Below, piece by piece: positions 1 through 6,507 of a stretch of 12,151 bases of DNA; within the stretch, counting starts at the first letter, position 1; the number at the start of each line of letters is the position of its first letter. The translations under genes were made by a program, and so were the position numbers. The notes beneath the pieces are model-generated. The model searched no databases and was not told the DNA's origin. It worked only from the letters and a program-made list of their open reading frames with translations. Source of the DNA: Archangium sp. (GTDB lineage Bacteria; Myxococcota; Myxococcia; Myxococcales; Myxococcaceae); assembly GCA_031367385.1 (NCBI GenBank), contig JANLPS010000323.1, forward strand, positions 1-12,151, written 5' to 3'.

Positions 1-141
1 GCTCGGCCCCTCAGCTAATTTCCAACCCAGTAGCGGCCGCCTCCGCGAGCTTCGCTCGCTACGGCGGGTCGACCTCAGCGTTGATCAGGTGGGTCCCGGT
101 GATGTCGGTGAGATCGGATCCCACAAGCCTCGGTGGTGACA
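1..141. mobile_element. Probable end of an insertion sequence (IS21-family-like terminus); element continues off the left edge
   Basis: The minus strand from 141 reads TGTCACCACCGA..., a TG-starting terminus. Two imperfect direct repeats CACCGA-N7-GGGAYCC (plus 91-110 and 116-135, 25-bp period) lie just inside it; IS21-family ends carry repeated transposase-binding sites of this kind. The adjacent ORF turns Pro-rich and stops 18 codons after this point. No transposase is in the window. Confidence 0.5.
37..67. repeat. REP-like imperfect palindrome / stem-loop
   Basis: Plus strand CCGCC-TCC-GCGAGC-TTC-GCTCGC-TAC-GGCGG: 5-bp outer stem, 3x3 internal loop, 6-bp inner stem, 3-nt loop. Confidence 0.55.
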
Positions 142-549
142 CAGCAAGTACCCGTCACGCTCGTTGCCCGCGTACTGCTGCAGCCACCCCTCGCTGGTGA
201 AATAGCCGACGCCATCGGGGTCGACTTCAACGCTGGTGTAGTCGTGGTTCGGCACCCGAAAGTGCCCGACGAAGGCTTCGCGCCACTGCATTCGACTGCC
301 CAGCACGTACGACATGACCGTGTAGCTGGAGTCGCCGTTGCGCGCCGCGACGGGCACCTTGTTGAACTGCGAGTTGGCGAAGGCCGCGAAACGATTGACG
401 AAGTTCGGGCTCGCGAGCGCCTCGTCGATGTTCTTGGCCGACACCGGGTAGCCGCTCGCCGTGCCCATCAGCGTGCGGTAGGCCCGGCCATCGCATTGCG
501 CGGCGGCAGGTAGCGCGAGCATCAGCGAGAGCACCGTCACCAGTCTCAT
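85..549 (-). pseudogene. Secreted hypothetical protein, probably C-terminally truncated at 142 by the IS-like end
   Basis: ATG at 549 opens a clear Sec signal peptide (MRLVTVLSLMLALPAAA-Q). The sequence is protein-like through ...YAGNERDGYLL (ends at 142). It then reads CHHRGLWDPISPTSPGPT*, which is encoded by the putative IS terminus. The ORF-track start at 666 overlaps the upstream gene. Confidence 0.55.
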
Positions 550-614
550 GGTGGTGCTTTCCGCGACGGGCGAGAACCCTTCCCGAGGGGTGAGACGACT
601 TTTTTGGGGTCTCG

Positions 615-2194
615 CTACTGTTTTTCGCAATACCCCAAGTTGCACGAGGGGGTCGCGGCCGGGCATTCAGCGGGCCCGGCGCATGGCTGGCACTTGGTGC
701 CGCCGTTTTGCTTTTTCTCGTAGTAGCAGTTGCACTTGAAGGGCGGGTCATAGGCGCGCAGCGGCCCCATCTCGGCGTCGCGCGTCACCTTCATGGCGCA
801 GCTCGGCACGTTGCCAGTCGCAATGATCGCATCGAGAAGGTCGATGGGCGGTTGCGAGACCGAAAACTGGGTGACGAACGCGCGGGCAGCGCTGGTGATG
901 TCGCCGCCGGTGGCGCGCGCGTACAGGTGAATCGGCCCCCACAAGGGGTAATGGCCATCGCGAACGTTCTCTTTGTCGCGAGTGAACGACTTGAGGTCAG
1001 GCAAGAACCCGGTCAGCGCGCCCTGGGGCTGAAAATAGAGCGTGTGAATGTTGGCCTTTTCTTTGTCGGCGAAGTCAGCCGAGAGCAAACCAATGGTGGC
1101 CTCAGCCGCGGTGGTCGAGACGCTCTTGAGCTGGTCAACCATGTTGTTGGCCGACCGCTGGTCGACGCCCCATAAGTCGGTCGCTGGCACCCCCATGCTT
1201 CGGGCAAGAATGCCGCTCGTCCCCGTCGTCGCCGAACGAACCCACCACTGCTTCGAATCAGACCATGGCGCGACCGGCACGCCGGCGCCGAAGATCTGCC
1301 GCGCGGCGTCGGCGCTGATCGCTTTTTGGGTCGACGCGGAGGGCACCGCGAAAACGAACGATTGAATCGGCCCGAGGTAGGCCCTCACGTCGGCGTAGTC
1401 GCCAACGCCTGGCTGGTACAAATTGTAAGGCGTGGTGCCAGAGGGGCAGCTGGTCGCGAAGATGTCTGACTGCCCGACGTCGACCGGCTCTGAGTTCTGC
1501 GAGACTGCGCGGGGGCTGTTGCCGAGCAAGCAGGGCGTGCCGTTGGGCAGGTTCGCGTTGGTGTAAAACGCGGCGAAGTTCTGGCTCGTGTTGGTCGGGT
1601 TCTTCATCACCCGCTTCACTGGGTCGATGTTGAAGACTGAATCGGCGCCGGTGCACGAGTTGGTCGGTTGCCAGACCAGAACGAAGCCCGACGCCTCGAC
1701 GATCGGAGTCATCGCTCGAATGAAGGGCGTGAAGTTCGTCGAACCATTCATGAAGATGACGTTGGGCCTTTCGACGGCGTCGTAGCAGGTGACCGTCGTG
1801 CCTCCGTCGATTGGCGAGCTGGTGACCGGTGTCGCCGGCGGCGCCTTCACGAGCGGCGCGAGGGCGCCTCCATCGCAGCCACCCGTTACACGGCAGTTAT
1901 CGAACGAGACGAACGCCGCGCTGGTGCATGCGTTGAAAAACTCGAGGTCGGTCGCGGGCGTGCCACGAAAGCACCCGGGCGGCGCATACTCGCGGCCGGC
2001 GTCGAGCACTCCCGCGTCTTCTGGCACCGAGGCGTCTTCAACCGGGGGGGTTCGACGCAGCGGCTTTCACTGCAGATGACCGAGGGGCCAAACACCGCAC
2101 AGTCGGCGTCACGCTGACACTGCGCCGCGGTGTGATCGAGCAAGAAGGTGCAACCACTGACTCCCAGCAGAGCGAAAATGAACGTGCGTCGCAT
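615..2194 (-). pseudogene. Cys-rich lipoprotein with a PstS-like (type 2 periplasmic binding fold) domain; frameshifted at a C7 run (2044-2050)
   Basis: ATG 2194 gives MRRTFIFALLGVSG-C (lipobox-like) plus a C-x5-C..C..C module, with GAGG just upstream. The body (ORF 615..2027) is in another frame. It shows PstS-like elements: IFMNGSTNF, TNSCTG, VRSATTGTSG (cf. R..SGT) and GHYPLWGPIHLY. One extra C in the run joins the two frames into ~526 aa. May be intact in vivo if the run length is a sequencing error. Confidence 0.7.
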
Positions 2195-2504
2195 CAGCCT
2201 CAAAAAGGGGTGGGCTTCGAAGCGAGGCGTACGCGCGACTCTGCAACGTGTTTCTCGCGAAACGACTTTTTGCCCCAAACCGTTTGGAAGACACAAATAC
2301 TTCGAGTCACCAGGGGCAAACCCCAGTAATTTCAACGCTCAACCCCTGCGTTTCCTCGCTGAGGCAGATGACGCGAGGGTTCGTGAAATCTGCGAGCGCA
2401 TCGGTCTGACACCAGTGAGCAGCGCCGTGAGCTGACTGAAGCTCTGGCGACAGCTGTCGAGCCATGAATCAACGCAGGCGCTCGTCACCGAAGCCACAAA
2501 ACTC

Positions 2505-2534
2505 AAAAAGCCCCGAGCTGTGAGCTCGGAGCTT
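2505..2534 (-). terminator. Rho-independent terminator downstream of tRNA-Glu (possibly bidirectional)
   Basis: Minus strand AAGCTCCGAGCT-CAC-AGCTCGGGGC-TTTTTG: stem with one G-U pair followed by a U tract. The plus strand also has TTCTT after the stem. Confidence 0.8.
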
Positions 2535-2561
2535 CTTGACCTGGGGACGAGCCAGGATTTT

Positions 2562-2634
2562 TGACCCTGCCGGGATTCGAACCCGGGTTTGAGCCGTGAG
2601 AGGGCTCCGTCCTAGGCCACTAGACGACAGGGCC
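2562..2634 (-). tRNA. tRNA-Glu (anticodon CTC), CCA not encoded
   Basis: Cloverleaf: acceptor GGCCCTG/CAGGGTC, D arm GTCTAGTGGCCTAGGAC, anticodon arm GAGCC-CTCTCAC-GGCTC, T arm CCGGG-TTCGAAT-CCCGG, discriminator A followed by AAA. Confidence 0.95.
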
Positions 2635-2648
2635 GAAACGCGCGGCGG

Positions 2649-2677
2649 GGAATACGGAACCCCACACCTGATGTCAA
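2649..2677 (-). promoter_or_regulatory. Sigma70-type promoter for tRNA-Glu
   Basis: Perfect TTGACA (2677-2672), 17-bp spacer, TATTCC (2654-2649), then a GC-rich discriminator (CCGCCGCG) before the tRNA. Confidence 0.65.
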
Positions 2678-2687
2678 CAACCACTTG

Positions 2688-2760
2688 AGCGGCGCAAGGG
2701 GTTCGAACCCTTGACCCCGAGCTTGGGAAGCTCGTGCTCTACCAGCTGAGCTAGCACCGC
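2688..2760 (-). tRNA. tRNA-Gly (anticodon CCC), CCA not encoded
   Basis: Cloverleaf: acceptor GCGGTGC/GCGCCGC, D arm GCTC-AGCTGGTA-GAGC, anticodon arm CGAGC-TTCCCAA-GCTCG, T arm AAGGG-TTCGAAC-CCCTT, discriminator U (typical of bacterial tRNA-Gly) followed by CAA. Confidence 0.95.
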
Positions 2761-2772
2761 GTCTGCGGGCGC

Positions 2773-2801
2773 AAGGTGCCAAGAAGCTCGCGCTACGTCA
2801 A
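2773..2801 (-). promoter_or_regulatory. Possible sigma70-type promoter for tRNA-Gly
   Basis: TTGACG (2801-2796), 17-bp spacer, CACCTT (2778-2773), then GC-rich GCGCCCGC before the tRNA. The -10 match is weak. Confidence 0.45.
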
Positions 2802-2831
2802 GGACGACGAGCAGCCGCCAGACTGACGGGC

Positions 2832-3848
2832 CTACTCGAGCCCGCCGTCCTTCGGCACGAACGGCAGCTCTCGGGCGACGCCATTGCGTTGGTCTCCGAG
2901 GCAGTAATCGAACTGCACATCGAGCGGGCTCAGATCGGGCTGGGGCAGGCAGACCCGCAGCCCGGGGTCGCAGCCCAGGCCGCTGAAACATTCAGCCGAG
3001 GTGGCACATGGCCCGTAATACGATCGGCGCAGCCCGCAGACCGCTGGCGACCTGGTCGCATCGCACACCCCGAGGTCGTTGCACGGCGTCGCCTCGCACG
3101 GCTCGCCAGGCGCCGCTTTGAGTTGGCAGCGTTGATCAAACGCGCAGAAGGCCCCGGCCACGCAGCGGCTGGTCGGCAACCCGCAGGCCTCGCCGAGCCC
3201 CGGGAGCGGGCGACATCGACCATCGACCGCGAGGCGAACGCCGCCGTCAGAGAGCAGCGCGCTCCGGCCCTCGCACAACAGAGCCCCTCCGTCATCGGCG
3301 TCGGCGCAGTCTGAATCATCGAAGCACTTCTCATCGGCCCGAACGTTCGGCACGAACATGTGGGCACACGAACGGGGCTGATGTGCGTCGTCGAAGAGCA
3401 CCAGCCCCGGAGCGCACGAGTCGGCCCCGGCCTCGAGCCACGAGAGGCAGGTGCGCGCCGCCTCGATGTCGAAGTGTTGACGGCCATCGTCGAGCGCCTC
3501 GAGACGACGCTGGTACTTGCCGAAGAGCGAGAGGGTCACCGCCCGCCGGCAGGCCGTCGCGTCAACGAAGAGCGACGGCTCTTTGATCAGCGCCAAGGCC
3601 AGCCCCTGTGGCGTCAGCAGCGCCTCGGCGACGCGGGTGCGCTCGGGTTGCGAGCAACAATCGAGCAGCAACGAGCACACGTCTTTCGCGTACGAGAAGA
3701 GCACGTTGTCTTGCGAGGCGATGTCGCACAACGCCGCGGTGGGCTCAGCCGTGCAGTCGGGCACGGGGCGCCCTCCATCGCGCGTCGGGGCGAGCGGCTC
3801 TTTGCAGGCTCCCGCGAGCAGCACCACCGCGATCAGGGTCACTCGCAT
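2832..3848 (-). CDS. Cys-rich lipoprotein (myxobacterial type, tandem small disulfide modules)
   Basis: MRVTLIAVVLLAGA-C lipobox (Cys15). 27 Cys in 338 aa, with repeated GExC...C...C...C units in the C-terminal half. Starts 2 bp after the stop of the barrel gene. Confidence 0.85.
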   Translation of the reverse strand: MRVTLIAVVLLAGACKEPLAPTRDGGRPVPDCTAEPTAALCDIASQDNVLFSYAKDVCSLLLDCCSQPERTRVAEALLTPQGLALALIKEPSLFVDATACRRAVTLSLFGKYQRRLEALDDGRQHFDIEAARTCLSWLEAGADSCAPGLVLFDDAHQPRSCAHMFVPNVRADEKCFDDSDCADADDGGALLCEGRSALLSDGGVRLAVDGRCRPLPGLGEACGLPTSRCVAGAFCAFDQRCQLKAAPGEPCEATPCNDLGVCDATRSPAVCGLRRSYYGPCATSAECFSGLGCDPGLRVCLPQPDLSPLDVQFDYCLGDQRNGVARELPFVPKDGGLE

Positions 3849-3850
3849 GT

Positions 3851-5716
3851 TTAGAACCGGGCCTCGACGGTGGTGATGAAGCGCGAGTTGTCGGCGAAGC
3901 GGCCGAAGAACCCCTTGCTGTCTCCAGCGAGCACATCGACGCCGACCCGTGCCTTGACCCGATCGAAGAACGAGTACTCGACCCTCGGTGAGATCAACAC
4001 GTCGAACCGCTCGACCGAGCTAACCGCGTTCACCTCGACCCTCAGATCTTGACCGATCTCCCAGCTCACCCGGCCGAGCACCGCGAGGGGGAAAGGGTAG
4101 CGCAGCAGGTCGACGCCTTCAGTGGCCAGCGCGCCTCGCAACGCCCGCGCTCCAGTGAATTCGAGAAACAGATGCACTCGCTGATCTCCGAAGAACTGGC
4201 CCGTCTGGTAGTCGCCGCCGACGTCGAAGATCAGATACGGGTCGGCGACCCTCGAATCTCTGGCGGCCCGGTCTGCGGTCAAGAACGCCGCGCCTTCTGC
4301 CGCGAGACGCAGCTTGCCGAACACGCGCTCAACGTCGAGCGCGAAGACCTGCAACCGGCGGTATTGCCAATCGACGAACACGTCAGCCCCCAGCGGCACG
4401 CCCCGCTCGGCCACCGCTTCGAGGTGCGCGCTCGGCAAGTGATCAATCAGAAATGCGTAACCCACGCCAATGTCGGCCCCGGCCACCGAGAACTCGACCC
4501 GGGCGGCGGCTTGCGTCGTCGCGGCGCTCGGCATGGGCGACGCAAAAGGGGCCACGTGAAAAGTGAGCGGCACGCTCCCCGGCACATTGATGCTGCCGCG
4601 AAGCCAGCGCGACCTACTCTCGATGGCGCCACTGGGGCTGATGCCCGTGACCGCAGGCAGGCGGTGGGTCTCGGGCACCGGCAGGTACGACGCCTCGATC
4701 GTGAAGGGCCCGACCGTCGCCGTCATCTTGAGCATCAAGGTGCCGACCTTCTCGGGGTCGAGCGGGTCTCGATAATCAACCGGGTTGAGCACGTCGGTGG
4801 GGTTGTAGAGCGATGCCGACCCCCACGACGAAATCAACCGCCCTGCCTTCACCGACACCGACGGAAAGGTGAGGTCGACCCACGCTTCTTCAGGATCGAA
4901 GCGGTTTCGCGACGGGTCGACGAAGTCGGCTCGGGCCAACAGGCTCGCGTAGGCGGTAGCTCGGGGGTGAATCGCCTTCACGTGCACTGCCGCTTCGACG
5001 TTGTCGCGGCCTCCGAGGTGCGCCTGGTCGGGGGTCTCGAAGAACCCATAGTGCTCGAACGCCACCCTGCCCCCCACTTCGATGGCCGTATCGAGCCGAA
5101 TCGCTTCGACCACGCTCGGCGCCGAGGCCTCGGTCGCCTCTGCCACCCGCGCCGCACCAGTGGGCACGGGCGCGAACCCGGCCGTCGCGTCGTCCCACGT
5201 CGGGTCGACGGCGGTGGGCTTCGCAGTGGGCTCGGGCGGCGCGGTGGTGCCAGCAGCAGCGGGCCTGGTCACACTGATCTTCTCGGCCAGCGACGCGGTC
5301 AAGGCCTTGGCTTGATCTGCGGTGAGCCGAGATCGGCTGACCAGCACGTACGCGGCCCCCGCCTCTTTGCCATCTGCGCCGAACGCGGTCAGAAAGAACA
5401 TTCGGGCCCCAAGGCCGCTCGAAAACCGACCGGTGAGGGCGAGGTCGCACGAAAGCCGCCCGCGCAGATGCACGAGCCCCTCTGGGGTCTGCCAGGCAGA
5501 CCGGGCCAAACGAAGGGCCCGCGCCGCCACCCCGACCTTCTTGTTCGAGACAACGACGAACGACCGCGCGAGCTCGGCCTCGAGCGTCTTGACCGCGGCG
5601 GCCATCGACATCTGCGACCCGGTATCAGTGACGTCGACCAGACAGACCGACGTGGTCTGCCCCATCGCCGAGAGCGGCACCACCAACGAGAGCCCGAGCA
5701 GCCACCGAAGCGTCAC
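3851..5716 (-). CDS. Outer-membrane beta-barrel protein (resembles barrels accompanying MMPL + LolA-like pairs) with N-terminal periplasmic domain and Pro/Ala/Thr linker
   Basis: Signal peptide MTLRWLLGLSLVVPLSAMG. Amphipathic beta-strands from ~aa 205, the motif EAWVDL..VSVKAGRLISSWG...YNPTDVLNP.D, and a C-terminal BAM-type signal ending in Phe (FITTVEARF). Confidence 0.8.
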   Translation of the reverse strand: MTLRWLLGLSLVVPLSAMGQTTSVCLVDVTDTGSQMSMAAAVKTLEAELARSFVVVSNKKVGVAARALRLARSAWQTPEGLVHLRGRLSCDLALTGRFSSGLGARMFFLTAFGADGKEAGAAYVLVSRSRLTADQAKALTASLAEKISVTRPAAAGTTAPPEPTAKPTAVDPTWDDATAGFAPVPTGAARVAEATEASAPSVVEAIRLDTAIEVGGRVAFEHYGFFETPDQAHLGGRDNVEAAVHVKAIHPRATAYASLLARADFVDPSRNRFDPEEAWVDLTFPSVSVKAGRLISSWGSASLYNPTDVLNPVDYRDPLDPEKVGTLMLKMTATVGPFTIEASYLPVPETHRLPAVTGISPSGAIESRSRWLRGSINVPGSVPLTFHVAPFASPMPSAATTQAAARVEFSVAGADIGVGYAFLIDHLPSAHLEAVAERGVPLGADVFVDWQYRRLQVFALDVERVFGKLRLAAEGAAFLTADRAARDSRVADPYLIFDVGGDYQTGQFFGDQRVHLFLEFTGARALRGALATEGVDLLRYPFPLAVLGRVSWEIGQDLRVEVNAVSSVERFDVLISPRVEYSFFDRVKARVGVDVLAGDSKGFFGRFADNSRFITTVEARF

Positions 5717-5727
5717 CGAGGTGCCTT

Positions 5728-6507
5728 TTACTCAGCTTCGAGCATGCGGCGACTAAAGACGTCATCAGGAGCGCTCTTGACCTCGCGATCGATGACCGTG
5801 ACCACCGTTCGATGCTTGCGCGTCACATCGACCACCGTCGTTTGGTCTGCCCGCCAAGCCACCTTGCCGACTTGTTTGAGCCCCGACGAGTCGATTTGCT
5901 TGAGCGGCTGAAGCTTGCGGTCGAAGACGCGGGCCCGAACCACGAAGTAGTTGTCTTTGCGAACCCACAACATCGTGCGGCCATAGGGCGACTGCTTCGT
6001 CACCTTCGCCGAGGCCGGCAAGACCTCGAGCACCCAGCATTCTTGCCCCTCGATGGTCTCTGACGGGAGCAACGCATACGTGTAGTCGTCGAGCCTGCGC
6101 CGCTTGAGATCTTCATAGAAGAGGTCGGTGCCGACGAAGCGGTCTCCCAGCTCAGCCTGCGCGATGCGCCGCGTCTTCTTATACGCCGGCAGGTACAGCC
6201 ACTGCTCGTCGTCGCGGTCGGCACCATCTCCGAGCGTCTCGACCGAGAGCAGGCCCGTGCCCTGAACGTCGGCGGGGGCTTGAAATCGAATCTTGAGCCG
6301 GTCTCCGATTTTCTCGTCGTTCGCGTACCAGCTCTCGACCGTGCGCTCGCGGTTCCCGCCGTCTTTTTCCTGCAACGTCATGCGAGCCCGGGTGTGCTCG
6401 TAGGCGACCCGGTGCCGCTTGTCGGCGGTGTCGGCGATGTCACGCGCCGATTCAGTCGCGAAAGACGGCGCCGCGCATACCAAGATCAACAACAGCGTCG
6501 TTTTCAC
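5728..6507 (-). CDS. Outer membrane lipoprotein-sorting (LolA-like) periplasmic protein
   Basis: GTG start at 6507 overlaps the MMPL stop (GTGA), with an AAGGAG RBS. Signal peptide (M)KTTLLLILVCAAPSFA. Family motifs F..PADV.GTGLL, DDEQWLYLPA.KK.RRI and FVGTDL.YEDL. Confidence 0.9.
   Translation of the reverse strand: MKTTLLLILVCAAPSFATESARDIADTADKRHRVAYEHTRARMTLQEKDGGNRERTVESWYANDEKIGDRLKIRFQAPADVQGTGLLSVETLGDGADRDDEQWLYLPAYKKTRRIAQAELGDRFVGTDLFYEDLKRRRLDDYTYALLPSETIEGQECWVLEVLPASAKVTKQSPYGRTMLWVRKDNYFVVRARVFDRKLQPLKQIDSSGLKQVGKVAWRADQTTVVDVTRKHRTVVTVIDREVKSAPDDVFSRRMLEAE

Noticed and set aside
2195..2561. Integrative element or att site at the tRNA-Glu 3' end
   Set aside because: No integrase and no duplicated tRNA 3' sequence found in the window.
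2562..2760. Functional link between the tRNAs and the ThiF or GNAT (TcdA-like tRNA modification or aminoacyl-tRNA-dependent synthesis)
   Set aside because: TcdA acts on t6A in ANN-decoding tRNAs, not Gly or Glu, and FeeM-type enzymes use free amino acids. The tRNAs have their own promoters, so adjacency is likely incidental.
2771..2782. TTGGCACCTTGC as a sigma54 promoter upstream of tRNA-Gly
   Set aside because: GG-to-GC spacing is too short for the -24/-12 consensus.
4049..5911. 620-aa plus-strand ORF and the other long antisense or alternate-frame ORFs
   Set aside because: Arg/Gly/His-rich shadow frames of well-supported minus-strand genes, expected at high GC; no recognisable motifs.
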